Source of the DNA: an uncultured delta proteobacterium
GTDB taxonomy: Bacteria; Myxococcota_A; UBA9160; SMWR01
Length of the DNA: 64,000 bases
Assembly (NCBI GenBank): GCA_963832165.1
Contig: CAWHTE010000007.1
Location: 608,001-672,000 of the forward strand
Direction: 5' to 3'
Below the pieces are notes generated by a model that did no database searches, had not been told where the DNA came from, and saw nothing but the letters and a program-made list of their open reading frames with translations. Of the stretch, positions 39,205 through 49,509 are shown in pieces. Positions within the stretch are counted from its first letter, which is position 1. Each line of letters opens with the position of its first letter. The position numbers and the translations under genes were made by a program.

Positions 39205-41593
39205 TCGGATTCTCGCGCGTCTGCGCGCGGCGGCCTGGCCGCTGCGCGTGTTCCTGATCGCACTCGGCGCCGCGCTCGTGCTCGGGGTCGGCGCGCTGGT
39301 GCCGAAGCATCTGCCCGAGCCCACGCTCCCCAATCGCGTGCTCGCTCGCCCGCACAAGATCGCGCCGGGCCAGAACGTCGAGTCGACGCACCTGCTGCGG
39401 CGCGTCGGGCGGCTCGGCTACCGGCGCACGCGCTCCGCGACGCCCGAGGTCGGCGAGTACGTCCATGACGGCACGCGCATCGCGGTCCACCGGCGCGAGT
39501 TCGAGGGCGCGAACGGTCCCGAGGAGGCACAGCTCTTCGAGGTCGAGCTGGACTGGAGCGACCGCGTGGAGAGGATCGTCGACGGGAACGGCGTCGAGCA
39601 GCGCGAAGTCTGGCTGGATCCCGAGACGATTGGCGCGCTCGCCGACGATGCACCGGTCGATCGCATCCCGGTCCAGCTCGACGACCTCCCGAAGCACTTC
39701 ATGGACGCGCTGTTCGTGGTCGAGGATCGCCGCTTCCACGAGCACCACGGCGTCGACCCTTTCCGCCTCGCCGGTGCGCTGGTCTCGAACCTGCGCGCGG
39801 GCGGCGTGCGCGAGGGCGGCAGCACGATCACCCAGCAGCTCGTGAAGAACGTCTTCCTGTCGCACGAGCGCACGATCGTGCGCAAGCTGCGCGAGCTCTG
39901 GCTCGCGCTGCGCGTGGAACGCGCGCATAGCAAGGACGAGATCCTCACGGCCTACCTCAATACGATCTATCTGGGCCAGCGCGGGCCCGTCTCGGTGGTG
40001 GGAGTCGAGGCCGCGGCGCGGCACTACTTCGGCCACTCCGCGTCGACGCTCAGCCTCGGCGAGTCGGCGCTGATCGTCGGCATGATCCGCGGCCCGGGCT
40101 TCTACTCGCCGTGGACCTACCCCGAGCACGCGCGCGAGCGCCGCAATCAGGTGCTCGCGATGATGGCGCAGGAGCAGGTGATCTCCGAGAAGCAGGCCAG
40201 GGCCGCCGCGAAGCGCCCGCTCGGCAACGTCGCCAAGCCGCCTGCGTCGGCGCGGCCGCGCTGGTTCCTCGCGAAGCTCGAGCGCGACTTCGCGAGCGCG
40301 CTGCCCGATCTGGATCTGCGCGAGGACCGCGTCGCCGTGTTCACGGGCATCGATGCCGATTTCCAGATCGCGGCGGAGAACGCGGTGCGCATCGGAGTGA
40401 AGGAGCTCGAAGAACAGTTTCCGCGTCTGCGCGCGAAGGGTGCGCCGCTGCAGGCCGCGCTCGTGGCGATCGAGCCCAAGAGCGGTGCGATCCTCGCCTA
40501 CGTGGGCGGAGCCAGCTGGTCGGAGAATCAGTTCGATCACGTGGCGCAGGCGCGCCGCCAGCCCGGCAGCGCGTTCAAGCCGATCGTTCTGCTCGCCGCG
40601 CTGTCGCGCCGATCCGACGGCACTCCGGCCTTTACGCTCGCATCGATGCTGCGCGACGAGCCGCTCGAGGTCGACACGCCGCAGGGGATCTGGCGGCCCG
40701 AGGATTACGAGAAGGAGTTCCGCGGACCGATCACGTTGCGCAGCGCGCTCGAGGACTCGGTGAACGTGCCGTTCGCGCGCGTGGGCCTCGAGATCGGGCC
40801 CGAAACGATCGTGGACGTGGCGCACCGCATGGGCATCGATTCGCCGCTCGACCCGGTGCCGAGCCTCGCGCTCGGCGCGGGAGAGGTCTCGCCGCTCGAG
40901 CTCGCGCGCGCCTACGCGCTGCTCGCGAATGGAGGCGAGCGGATCGCCGTGCGCGATGCGATCCACGTGACCGATGGGGAGGGCAACGAGCTCAGCGAGC
41001 AGCCGCCCGAGCGTGTACGCGAGTTCGATCCCGCCGAGGTCGCGCTCGTGACCTCGGCGCTCGTGGGTGCCGTGAATCACGGCACGGGGCATCCGCTGCG
41101 CGATCTCGGCTATCGCGGTCCCGTGGCAGGCAAGACCGGCACCACCAACGACGCGCGCGACGCGTGGTTCGTCGGCTTCACGCCCGAGCTCGTCGCCGCG
41201 GTCTGGGTCGGCTTCGACGACGGCACGCCGCTCGGGCTCACGGGTGCGCAGGCGGCGCTCCCGATCTTCGGTCGGTTCCTGATCAGCGCGCTCGGCAAGG
41301 ACGGTGCCGAGGCGTTCGAGGAGCCGCCCGGCCTCGAGCGCGTCGCGATCAACGAGACCACGGGACTCCGCGCGAGCCTGTTCTGCTGGGGGAACGACGA
41401 GTGGTTCCTGCCCGGCACCGCACCTGTCGAGAGCTGTGGTCCCGACTGGCAGAGCCAGCAGCCGTTCGAGCCCGAGCAGCCCAGCGAGGAATCGGCCCCG
41501 AGGCGCCAGCGCGAGCCGACACGCGATCCCGTGGCGCGCTTCTTCGAGAAGCTGTTCCGCGGACTCGCGGACGACGAGGACTGGGAGCGTTAG
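39194..41593 (+). CDS. mrcB: Class A penicillin-binding protein 1B (UB2H-like, TG, TP)
   Basis: EDRRF, GGSTITQQLVKN, QPGSAFKP, SVN, KTGT. Confidence 0.9.
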   Translation: METNRILARLRAAAWPLRVFLIALGAALVLGVGALVPKHLPEPTLPNRVLARPHKIAPGQNVESTHLLRRVGRLGYRRTRSATPEVGEYVHDGTRIAVHRREFEGANGPEEAQLFEVELDWSDRVERIVDGNGVEQREVWLDPETIGALADDAPVDRIPVQLDDLPKHFMDALFVVEDRRFHEHHGVDPFRLAGALVSNLRAGGVREGGSTITQQLVKNVFLSHERTIVRKLRELWLALRVERAHSKDEILTAYLNTIYLGQRGPVSVVGVEAAARHYFGHSASTLSLGESALIVGMIRGPGFYSPWTYPEHARERRNQVLAMMAQEQVISEKQARAAAKRPLGNVAKPPASARPRWFLAKLERDFASALPDLDLREDRVAVFTGIDADFQIAAENAVRIGVKELEEQFPRLRAKGAPLQAALVAIEPKSGAILAYVGGASWSENQFDHVAQARRQPGSAFKPIVLLAALSRRSDGTPAFTLASMLRDEPLEVDTPQGIWRPEDYEKEFRGPITLRSALEDSVNVPFARVGLEIGPETIVDVAHRMGIDSPLDPVPSLALGAGEVSPLELARAYALLANGGERIAVRDAIHVTDGEGNELSEQPPERVREFDPAEVALVTSALVGAVNHGTGHPLRDLGYRGPVAGKTGTTNDARDAWFVGFTPELVAAVWVGFDDGTPLGLTGAQAALPIFGRFLISALGKDGAEAFEEPPGLERVAINETTGLRASLFCWGNDEWFLPGTAPVESCGPDWQSQQPFEPEQPSEESAPRRQREPTRDPVARFFEKLFRGLADDEDWER

Positions 41594-42261
41594 TCAGCGC
41601 TGCCCTTGCTCAGCGCCGCGAGCACGTCGGGCGGGAAGTTCACCTGCATTGCGAGCGCAAAGGCCTCGCGCGCGCTCGCGTGGGTGCGATAGGCGAGCAG
41701 CCGGTCCGCGAGTGGAATCGACAGGAACTGCGCCCAGGCGAGGCACGAGACGAGCAGGATGTCGGCGGCCGAGAACGAGTCGCCGAGCACGTAGGGGCGG
41801 CCGTCCGCGAGCCGGCGCTCGATCTCGCTCACCTGGCGCAGGAAGTAATTGCGCGCCGATGCGCAGGCGATCGGCGCCTCGCCATAGATCTCGGGCAGGC
41901 CCTCGTGCCGGCGCACGACGTAGAGCGAGGTCGCGTCGAGCTCCATGAGCGCGAACAGCGCGAGGTCGTCGAACTCTGCGCGCGCGGTGGTACCGCGTTC
42001 GGGCGCGAACCAGCCGCGCTCGCGGTAGCGGTCCGCGAGGTAGAACAGGATCGCTCCGCTCTCGCCGATCCGGACCTCGCCGTCCTCGAAGAACGGAATC
42101 TTGCCGCGCTGGGTCCAGCGCAGGAGCTCCGGGTCGTTCATGCTCTCGGTGCGCGGAATGACCGGGCGCGTCTCGTAGTCGAGGCCGAGCTCGAGCAGCA
42201 TCCAGTGGACGCGCAGCGTGCGCGGCGATCCGATGCCCCAGAGCCTGCGCGCGCCATTCAT
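41590..42261 (-). CDS. Glutathione S-transferase family protein
   Basis: SPRTLRVHWMLLELG, GKIP, ESGAILFYLA, FSAADI. Confidence 0.9.
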   Translation of the reverse strand: MNGARRLWGIGSPRTLRVHWMLLELGLDYETRPVIPRTESMNDPELLRWTQRGKIPFFEDGEVRIGESGAILFYLADRYRERGWFAPERGTTARAEFDDLALFALMELDATSLYVVRRHEGLPEIYGEAPIACASARNYFLRQVSEIERRLADGRPYVLGDSFSAADILLVSCLAWAQFLSIPLADRLLAYRTHASAREAFALAMQVNFPPDVLAALSKGSAD

Positions 42262-43439
42262 TGCGACGCCCCCAGTGTACCCGCGTCGCGCAGCGCAGCG
42301 ATTTCGGCGGCCGAGAAGCCGCCCTCGCGCAACACCTCCTCGCTGTGCTCGCCGAGCGTCGGAGCCGGGCGCGAGATCGCCGAAGGAGTCCCGTCGAGCC
42401 GCTCGGCGGGCCGCGGCTGGCGCATGCGCCCGGCCACCGGATGGTCGTCCTCGACGAGGATCTCGTTCGCGCGCACCTGCGCGTTCTCGTGGATGTGGTC
42501 GCGCGTGAGAACGGGACCGCAAGGCACGTCCTCGCGGTCGAGCGCTTCGAGCCACTCCGCGGTCGTGCGGGTCCGGAGCACCTCCGCCATCAGCTCGAGC
42601 CGCGCGGTGGCGTTCGCGACCAGACCCGCCGTGGACTGGAAGCGCGGATCCTCGAGCCACTCCGGCTTGTCGACCGCGCGGCAGAAGCCCTGGAACTCGC
42701 GCAGCGCGACCGTCGAGGCGATCATGTGTCCGTCGCGCGTCGGGAACACGAGATCGCGCCGCGGCACCGGCTTGATCTGCCGCCCCTCGCCGATGAACGT
42801 GTGATAGGCCATTCCCTCGGGCCACACGAACGCGATCACGGCGTCGAGCATCGACAAACGCACGTGCTGTCCCCGGCCCGTGCGCTCGCGCGCGAGCAGT
42901 GCCGCGGTGATGTTCTGCGCCGCAGTCAAAGCGGTGACCTTGTCGGGTACGATCACGCGCACGAGCCCGGGCGGGCCGGTTCCGGCGCCCTGGATGTCAC
43001 ACAGGCCCGACATCCCCTGCACGATCGGGTCGTACACGCGCTTGTGCGCGTAGGGGCCGGTCTCGCCGAAGCCGCTGATCGAGACGTAGACGAGGCGGGG
43101 ATTGCGCTCGCGCAGCTGCCTCTCACCGATCCCGATCCGATCCATCGTGCCGGGCCGGCTGTTCTGCACGAAGACGTCCGCGTCCGCGGCCAGGCGCAGG
43201 AGCGCCTCGGCCCCGCCGCTCTTCTTCAAGTCGAGCACGAGCGAGCGCTTGCTGCGGTTCACGGTGGCGAACGTGGGCGAGAGCCCCGCGACTCCGCCCA
43301 TGTGGCGCAGGATGTCGCCCGAAGGCGGCTCGACCTTGATCACGTCGGCGCCCTGGTCGGCCAGCACGCGCGTCGCGAGCGGACCCGCGATCACCTGGCT
43401 GAAATCGATCACGCGGAAGCCGTCGAGCGCACCGGGCAA
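42258..43439 (-). CDS. Family III CoA-transferase (CaiB/BaiF)
   Basis: IAGP, GADVIKVE, NRSKRS, SGFG..GP, YDPIVQ, D169-equivalent PDKV, LGEH. Confidence 0.93.
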   Translation of the reverse strand: MPGALDGFRVIDFSQVIAGPLATRVLADQGADVIKVEPPSGDILRHMGGVAGLSPTFATVNRSKRSLVLDLKKSGGAEALLRLAADADVFVQNSRPGTMDRIGIGERQLRERNPRLVYVSISGFGETGPYAHKRVYDPIVQGMSGLCDIQGAGTGPPGLVRVIVPDKVTALTAAQNITAALLARERTGRGQHVRLSMLDAVIAFVWPEGMAYHTFIGEGRQIKPVPRRDLVFPTRDGHMIASTVALREFQGFCRAVDKPEWLEDPRFQSTAGLVANATARLELMAEVLRTRTTAEWLEALDREDVPCGPVLTRDHIHENAQVRANEILVEDDHPVAGRMRQPRPAERLDGTPSAISRPAPTLGEHSEEVLREGGFSAAEIAALRDAGTLGASQ

Positions 43440-43479
43440 GGCTGCGTCCTCCCGGGCAGCATTCTACCCTCGCGCACCC

Positions 43480-43827
43480 ATGGAAGAGCAGCGTGAACCG
43501 CGCGGGGTCCACAACCCGCGCGTGATCGATCTGATCTCGCCCGACCGGGCGAGCGGGGAAGTCGTGCTCGTGATGCTCGAAGAGCGCCCGTGGCAGAGCG
43601 ATCCCGAGCAGCTGCGCCAGCTCGAGGCGAAGTTCAACGCCTACCTCGAGTACGCGCTGGGCGGACACCTCGCGAAGCAGTACCCGCAATACGCGGAGCG
43701 GCCCGTGCGCTTCCAGCTCGAGTGCGTGGAGAACCCACGCCCCGGCGACAACGCGTTCTTCACCGCGATGGCGAATTTCGCGGCGGCCGAGAACATCCGC
43801 TTCGTCGTGCAGGTGATGCAGCGCTAA
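43480..43827 (+). CDS. DUF6572-like hypothetical protein
   Basis: VIDLI...VVLVMLEERPW...LEAKFNAYLEYALGGHL...YP. Confidence 0.65.
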   Translation: MEEQREPRGVHNPRVIDLISPDRASGEVVLVMLEERPWQSDPEQLRQLEAKFNAYLEYALGGHLAKQYPQYAERPVRFQLECVENPRPGDNAFFTAMANFAAAENIRFVVQVMQR

Positions 43828-45011
43828 TCGCCGCGCGCGAGCTCCAGCACGATCTCGAGCGCCGACCACAGGTCCTCTTCCGGGATGTTGAGCGCCGGAA
43901 AGAAGCGCACGACGTTGCCCGCGGTGACGTTCACGAGCACGCCGCGCTCGATCGCCTGGGCCGGCAGCGCTGCCGCGCGCTCGGGGTCGCGCAGCACGAG
44001 CGCCTGCAGCAGGCCGCGCCCGCGCGCGGTGAGCGCCGTCTCCGGGTTCGCGCTCGCAAACGCGAGCAGCCGCTCCTGCAGGCGCGCACCGAGCTCCGCG
44101 GCGCGCGCGACGAGCTTCTCCTCTTCGACCACGCGCAGCGTCGCGTTCGCGGCCGCACACGCGAGAGGGTTGCCGCCGAACGTGGTGCCGTGGTCGCCCA
44201 GCGAGACGGTGCGCGCCACCGCCTCGCTGCACAGGAACGCGGCCACCGGGAACCCGCCGCCGAGACCCTTGCCGAGCGTCATCACGTCGGGGTCGACGCC
44301 GTCGTGCTCGCACGCGAACCACTTTCCCGTGCGCCCGATCCCCGTCTGCACTTCGTCGAAGATGAGCAACGCACCCGTGGCGTCGCAGATCTCGCGCAGC
44401 CCGCGCAGGTAGTCAGGGTCCGGGACGTTCACGCCGCCCTCGCCCTGCACCGGCTCGACGATGAACGCGGCCACGCTCTTGTCGACGGCGCGCTGCGCCG
44501 CGGCGAGATCGTCGAACGGCACGAGGATCTGCTCGGGCAGGAGCGGCGCGTACGGGTCGCGGTGCTTGGGCGTCCCGATCACCTGGAGCGCGCCGAGCGT
44601 GCGGCCGTGGAACGCGCTGCGCGTCGACACGTACACCTTCCGGCCCGTGGCGCGGTGCGCGAGCTTGAGCGCGCCCTCGACCGCCTCGGTGCCCGAGTTG
44701 GTGAGGAAGGTGCGCGTGATCGGCGCGGGCGCGAGCTCGGCGAGCCGGTCGCACAGGTCGAGCTGCGGCAGCGTGTAGAAGATGTTGGTGGTCTGCATCA
44801 GGCGGCCGGCCTGCTCCGCGATCGCGCGCACGAGCGCGGGGTGGGAATGGCCGATGCAGGTGACGCCCCAGCCCGCCATCAGGTCGATGTATTCCACCCC
44901 GAACACGTCCACCACTCTGGAGCCGCTGCCGCTCGCGAGCGCCACGGGGAAGCGCTTCACCACGGGCAGGAAGTGCGCCGCTTCGCGGGCTCGGATCGCC
45001 TCGAAGTCCAT
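43824..45011 (-). CDS. argD: Acetylornithine aminotransferase family (class III PLP)
   Basis: NSGTEAVE, FHGRT, EPVQGEGG, DEVQTG.GRTG, KGLGGG, HGTTFGGNPL; GGAGG RBS. Confidence 0.85.
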   Translation of the reverse strand: MDFEAIRAREAAHFLPVVKRFPVALASGSGSRVVDVFGVEYIDLMAGWGVTCIGHSHPALVRAIAEQAGRLMQTTNIFYTLPQLDLCDRLAELAPAPITRTFLTNSGTEAVEGALKLAHRATGRKVYVSTRSAFHGRTLGALQVIGTPKHRDPYAPLLPEQILVPFDDLAAAQRAVDKSVAAFIVEPVQGEGGVNVPDPDYLRGLREICDATGALLIFDEVQTGIGRTGKWFACEHDGVDPDVMTLGKGLGGGFPVAAFLCSEAVARTVSLGDHGTTFGGNPLACAAANATLRVVEEEKLVARAAELGARLQERLLAFASANPETALTARGRGLLQALVLRDPERAAALPAQAIERGVLVNVTAGNVVRFFPALNIPEEDLWSALEIVLELARGD

Positions 45012-45062
45012 CGTCTCCTCCAAATCGAGCACGGCACTATACTGACGGCAAGCGGTCCCGCC

Positions 45063-45093
45063 GCGCGCAGCGAGGCGGAGCCGAGCGGAGATC
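45063..45093 (+). repeat. Repeat family B copy
   Basis: GCGCGCAGCGAGGCGGAGCCGAGCGGAGATC. Confidence 0.75.
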
Positions 45094-45100
45094 ATAAGAC

Positions 45101-45475
45101 TTGCGCGACGTGATCCTGCTCCAGGGCATCCAGGTCCCCGCTGCGCTCGGCGTCACGGCGGCCGAGCGACGCATGCGCCGCCCGGTGCTGCTCGACCTCG
45201 AGATCGCGCGCGACCTGCGCAGCGCGGGCCGCAGCGATTCGATCCGCGACACGATCCACTACAAGCGCGTCTTCGAGATCGTCGAGGAGGTGGCGGGCAA
45301 CCAGCAGCACAAGCTCGTCGAGGCGCTGGGCGACCGGATCGCGTGCGCCGTGCTCGCGAAGTTCGCCGCCGACGAGGTGGTGGTGACGGTGCGCAAGCCC
45401 ACCCCGATCGCGGGCGTGCTCCAGTACGCCGGGGTCCGCGTAGCCCGCACGCGGGCGGACCTGGACCGGGACTAG
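45101..45475 (+). CDS. folB: Dihydroneopterin aldolase
   Basis: GVTAAER, SDSIRDTIHY, LVEAL, VRKP, YAGV. Confidence 0.88.
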   Translation: MRDVILLQGIQVPAALGVTAAERRMRRPVLLDLEIARDLRSAGRSDSIRDTIHYKRVFEIVEEVAGNQQHKLVEALGDRIACAVLAKFAADEVVVTVRKPTPIAGVLQYAGVRVARTRADLDRD

Positions 45476-45505
45476 GGGCGCAAGGAGGCCGACAGAGTCG
45501 GCCGA

Positions 45506-45570
45506 CGCGCAGCGAGGCGAAGCCGAGCGAAGGCCGGAGCCCGAACGCGAGCGAGCAGCGAGCGCGTAGG
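45506..45570 (+). repeat. Repeat family B copy
   Basis: CGCGCAGCGAGGCGAAGCCGAGCGAAG...GCGAGCGAGCAGCGAGCGC. Confidence 0.75.
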
Positions 45571-45671
45571 CCCGGCAAGACTGGCGACACAGCGTCAACC
45601 AATCGGAACCTATCGGGCGCAGATCAGGGTGATATAGTCGAAGATCGCGCCCACTGGTTGACAGTACCTCC

Positions 45672-46880
45672 ATGCCCGAGCCCCACCCCGAAAGCCCGCC
45701 GACCCGCGCCGAGGCGGAGCGCATCGTCGCGCGCGCGGTCGACGAGGGCCGGCTCGAGCGCGCACCCGCGGAGCGGCTCGCGGCCGGGCTCGGCGAACCG
45801 GGCGTGCACGCGACGATCCTCGCCGGCGCGGCCGAGAGCAAGCGCCGCGGCAAGGGAGACGTCGTCAGCGTCTCGCGCAACATCTTCATCCCGCTCACCA
45901 ATCTGTGCCGCGACCGCTGCTCCTACTGCACGTTCGCGAAGCAGCCCGGCGACCCGTCCGCGAAGACCTACACGCTCGCGGAGGTGGAGCACGCGGTGGA
46001 CGGCGCGCTGCGGGCGGGCTGCACCGAGGCGTTGTTCTGCCTCGGCGACAAGCCCGAGATCGCCTATCGCAGCCACCGCGACTGGCTCGCTGCGCGCGGG
46101 CTCTCGACCACCGCCGAGTATCTGGTCCAGGCGTGCGAGCTCGCGTTCGCGCGCGGAATCCTGCCGCATAGCAACGCGGGCATCCTATCCGCGGGCGAGA
46201 TGGAGAAGCTGCGCAAGAGCAACGCCTCGCTCGGGCTCATGCTCGAGAGCACGAGTCAACGCCTGCGCGAGAAGGGTCAGGCGCACTACTACTGCCCCGA
46301 CAAGGACCCGGTCGTTCGCCTTCGCATGCACGCGGAGGCCGGCGAGCTGCGGATTCCGTTCACGAGCGGGATCCTGCTCGGGATCGGCGAGAACGACGCC
46401 GAGCGCATCGATACGATCCTCGCGATCCGGGATCTCGACGACCGCTACGGACACATCCAGGAAGTGATCGTGCAGCCGTTCCACCCGAAGCCCGGCACGC
46501 CGATGCAGGGCGTCGCGGCGATCTCGGACGCGCAGGTCGCGGGCTGGGTTGCGCTCGCGCGCCTGCTTCTCGGGCCCAAGATGAACGTGCAGGCGCCACC
46601 GAACCTCGCACCGAACCTGCTCGAGCTCCTGCTGCGCGCGGGCGTGAACGATTGGGGCGGTGTCTCGCCGCTCACGATCGATTTCATCAACCCCGAGGCG
46701 CCGTGGCCGGCGCTGCGCGACCTGCGCCGCCGCACCGAGGCGGCCGGCCAGCGCCTCGTCGAACGGCTGCCCGTCTATCCCGAGCATCTGCTCGGACATC
46801 CCGAACTCTTCGACCCGCGCGTGCGCGATGCCGCGCTCGCACTCGTGGACGACGCGGGCTGGGTGGAGGTGAGCGCATGA
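45672..46880 (+). CDS. cofG: FO synthase subunit 1 (radical SAM)
   Basis: FIPLTNLCRDRCSYCTF, EALFCLGDKPE, GLMLE, PDKDP, FTSGILLGIGE, QAPPNL, DWGGVSPLT. Confidence 0.93.
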   Translation: MPEPHPESPPTRAEAERIVARAVDEGRLERAPAERLAAGLGEPGVHATILAGAAESKRRGKGDVVSVSRNIFIPLTNLCRDRCSYCTFAKQPGDPSAKTYTLAEVEHAVDGALRAGCTEALFCLGDKPEIAYRSHRDWLAARGLSTTAEYLVQACELAFARGILPHSNAGILSAGEMEKLRKSNASLGLMLESTSQRLREKGQAHYYCPDKDPVVRLRMHAEAGELRIPFTSGILLGIGENDAERIDTILAIRDLDDRYGHIQEVIVQPFHPKPGTPMQGVAAISDAQVAGWVALARLLLGPKMNVQAPPNLAPNLLELLLRAGVNDWGGVSPLTIDFINPEAPWPALRDLRRRTEAAGQRLVERLPVYPEHLLGHPELFDPRVRDAALALVDDAGWVEVSA

Positions 46881-48127
46881 TCGAACGACTGCTCGCGAGG
46901 ACGAGCCCCGCGATTGCCGCGGTGCTCGACCGCGCGCTCGACGGCCACGAACTTTCCGAGAGCGACGCGATCGCGCTATTGGGCGCGAACGGCACCGATC
47001 TGCACGCGCTGATCGCGGCCGCCGACGCCGCGCGCGCGCTCGACAAGGGCGACGACGTCTCTTTCGTGATCTGCCGCAACATCAACTTCACCAACGTCTG
47101 CTACGTGGGCTGCACGTTCTGCGGCTTCTCGCGCCACGAGGACGAGACCGACGCCTACGACCACCCGATGGAGAAGCTCGTCGCGAAGGCGCGCGACGCG
47201 GTGGCGCGCGGTGCTACCGAGGTGTGCATCCAGGGCGGCATCCACCCGCGCAAGGACCACACCCACTACCGCGACATCCTCGTCGCGCTCAAGCGCGAGT
47301 TCCCAAAGCTGCACATCCACGCCTTCTCGCCCGAGGAAATCCATTTCGCGCACCAGAAGTCGGGCATGCCGCTCAAGGAGCTGCTCGCGTGGCTCGTCGA
47401 TGCCGGGCTCGGCACGATGCCGGGCACCGCAGCCGAGATCCTCGACGACGAGATCCGCAAGATCATCAGCCCCAACAAGCTGCGCCGCGATCGCTGGGTG
47501 GAGATCGTCACGGCCGCGCACGAGATCGGTCTGCGCTCGACCTCGACGATCATGTACGGCCACATCGAAGAGGCGCGCCACATCGCTGCGCACCTGGCAC
47601 TGATCCGCAGCATCCAGAAGCGCACGGGCGGCTTCACCGAATTCGTTCCGCTCGGCTTCATCCACGAGAAGAACGTGCTCTTCAACCACATGCGCGCGCG
47701 CCCGGGCGCGTCGATGACCGAGGATCTGCGCCTGATCGCGGTCTCGCGGCTGTTCCTGCGCCCGTGGATCCAGAACGTGCAGATGTCGTGGGTGAAGATG
47801 GGTCCGAAGGTCGCGCAGATGGCGCTGCTCTCGGGCGCCAACGATTTCGGCGGGACGCTCATGGAGGAATCGATCAGCCGCGAGTCGGGCGCCGACTTCG
47901 GCGAGAATATGCCCGCCGAGGAGATGCGCCGGCTGATCCGCGAGGTGGGCCGCACGCCGGTGCAGCGAAGCACCACCTACGAGATCCTCGCGCGTTACGA
48001 GGATCCCGAGAAGGACCCGCCGTCGCTGGAGCCCGTGGTGGCACGCGAGCTCTCGGGCCCGACGCGCTGGCGCCTCGCGCAGGAGCGCTTTGCCGCCAAG
48101 GCGGCGCAGGTCGCCCGCACTTCGTAG
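46877..48127 (+). CDS. cofH: FO synthase subunit 2 (radical SAM)
   Basis: NINFTNVCYVGCTFCGF, EVCIQGG, PGTAAEILDD, MYGH, GGFTEFVPL, SWVK, GGTLMEESISR; overlaps cofG stop. Confidence 0.9.
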   Translation: MIERLLARTSPAIAAVLDRALDGHELSESDAIALLGANGTDLHALIAAADAARALDKGDDVSFVICRNINFTNVCYVGCTFCGFSRHEDETDAYDHPMEKLVAKARDAVARGATEVCIQGGIHPRKDHTHYRDILVALKREFPKLHIHAFSPEEIHFAHQKSGMPLKELLAWLVDAGLGTMPGTAAEILDDEIRKIISPNKLRRDRWVEIVTAAHEIGLRSTSTIMYGHIEEARHIAAHLALIRSIQKRTGGFTEFVPLGFIHEKNVLFNHMRARPGASMTEDLRLIAVSRLFLRPWIQNVQMSWVKMGPKVAQMALLSGANDFGGTLMEESISRESGADFGENMPAEEMRRLIREVGRTPVQRSTTYEILARYEDPEKDPPSLEPVVARELSGPTRWRLAQERFAAKAAQVARTS

Positions 48128-48133
48128 GCGCTC

Positions 48134-48760
48134 GTGTCCGCACCGGACGCGCTTCCGCGCGAGTGGTTCGATCGGGTCGATGCTTCGCCCGATCCGCTGT
48201 TCTACGCCCTGCCGCGGCTCGTGAACCACATCGACGACGCGACGATCGCAGCGCTCACCGACTACTACCGCGAGGTGCTCCCGCCAGGCGGTGCCATCCT
48301 CGACCTGATGTCCTCGTGGGTGTCGCACCTGCCCGCCGACGTGGTGTTTGCGCGCGTGGCCGGGCTCGGGATGAACCGCGAGGAGCTCGCCGCGAACCCG
48401 CGCCTCACCGAATCCTGCGTGCACGATCTCAACGCGCACCCCGAGCTGCCCTATCCGTCCGAATCGTTCGACGCGGTGTTGAATGCGGTCTCGATCCAGT
48501 ACCTGATCCACCCCGTTGCGGTGCTCGCCGAGGTGCGGCGTGTGCTGCGTCCCGGTGGGATCTCGATCGTCGCGATGTCGCATCGCTGCTTTCCGACGAA
48601 GGCCGTGCGCGCGTTCCACGTGCTGCCTCGCGATGGGCGCTTCGAGCTCGTGGCCACCTACCACGCGCTCGCGGGCGGATTCGAAGAACCCGCACGCGCA
48701 GATCGTTCACCCGCGGGCGCCGATCCGCTCTGGATCGTCGCATCGCACCGGCGGGGCTGA
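48134..48760 (+). CDS. SAM-dependent methyltransferase (type 11)
   Basis: FYALPRLVNHID, LDLMSSWVSH, GLGMN..EL..N, RCFPTKA. Confidence 0.88.
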   Translation: MSAPDALPREWFDRVDASPDPLFYALPRLVNHIDDATIAALTDYYREVLPPGGAILDLMSSWVSHLPADVVFARVAGLGMNREELAANPRLTESCVHDLNAHPELPYPSESFDAVLNAVSIQYLIHPVAVLAEVRRVLRPGGISIVAMSHRCFPTKAVRAFHVLPRDGRFELVATYHALAGGFEEPARADRSPAGADPLWIVASHRRG

Positions 48761-48912
48761 ACGCGCATCTCGGATGCAGGTCGCGGCAGCGGCGCTGCAT
48801 CGAAGAACTTTTTCGACTCGACGCGCGGATTTCACTGAACTCCCGCCGCGACGTCACCGATGCTCCACGGCGCCTGCCGATGCTCCCGGCAGACCCACCG
48901 CAGGAGTGAGCC

Positions 48913-49113
48913 ATGAGCCGGTATCCGATACGGGCACGCGTCGAGATCCGCCGCCGTCAGCGCGGCTACTGCGTCGAGGGCCCGGGCTTCTACGTGTGGG
49001 AGGAGGATCTCGTCGAAGCGTCGCGCCTCGCGCGCGACCTCGCGCGCGGGGTCGGCTGCGAGCTGTCCGCGCACCTGTTTGCGAGCACCACGCCGATCGA
49101 CTCCGTCGAGTGA
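48913..49113 (+). CDS. Small hypothetical protein
   Basis: AGGAG RBS, 66 aa, VEGPGFYVWEED. Confidence 0.55.
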   Translation: MSRYPIRARVEIRRRQRGYCVEGPGFYVWEEDLVEASRLARDLARGVGCELSAHLFASTTPIDSVE

Positions 49114-49119
49114 GCGCCC

Positions 49120-49161
49120 AAAGAAAAAGCCGCGGGGCCCGCTCTCGCGAACTCCGCGGCT
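49120..49161 (-). terminator. Rho-independent terminator of the RRM gene
   Basis: Minus strand AGCCGCGGAG...CCCCGCGGCT followed by TTTTCTTT. Confidence 0.75.
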
Positions 49162-49203
49162 CGAACCCGGTGGGTTCACCACCGGATGAATCTGGGTCGG
49201 GGC

Positions 49204-49509
49204 CTACCAGCGGCCGCGGCCGCCGCCTCCCCCCCCACCACCGCCGCCGCCACCGCCACCACCGCGGCGGCGATCCTGGGCTTCGTTGACACGCAGCGGG
49301 CGTCCGCCCATGTCACGTCCGTTCAGCTGATTGATCGCCTTATCGGCGTCCCCATCGTCCATTTCCACGAAGCCGAATCCGCGCGAGCGGCCGGTTTCGC
49401 GGTCGGTGATCACAGCCACCGAGTGGACCTCCCCTACGGTGGAAAAGAAATCCCGGAGGTCCTGATCGGAGGCGCCCCAGGGGAGGTTGCCGACATAGAT
49501 CTTCTTCAC
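49204..49509 (-). CDS. RRM RNA-binding protein with Gly-rich tail
   Basis: KIYVGNL (RNP2), RGFGFVEM (RNP1), poly-Gly tail. Confidence 0.95.
   Translation of the reverse strand: MKKIYVGNLPWGASDQDLRDFFSTVGEVHSVAVITDRETGRSRGFGFVEMDDGDADKAINQLNGRDMGGRPLRVNEAQDRRRGGGGGGGGGGGGGGGRGRW

Noticed and set aside
49213..49270. GGC/GGT-rich repeat tract
   Set aside because: Simply encodes the Gly-rich tail of the RRM protein.
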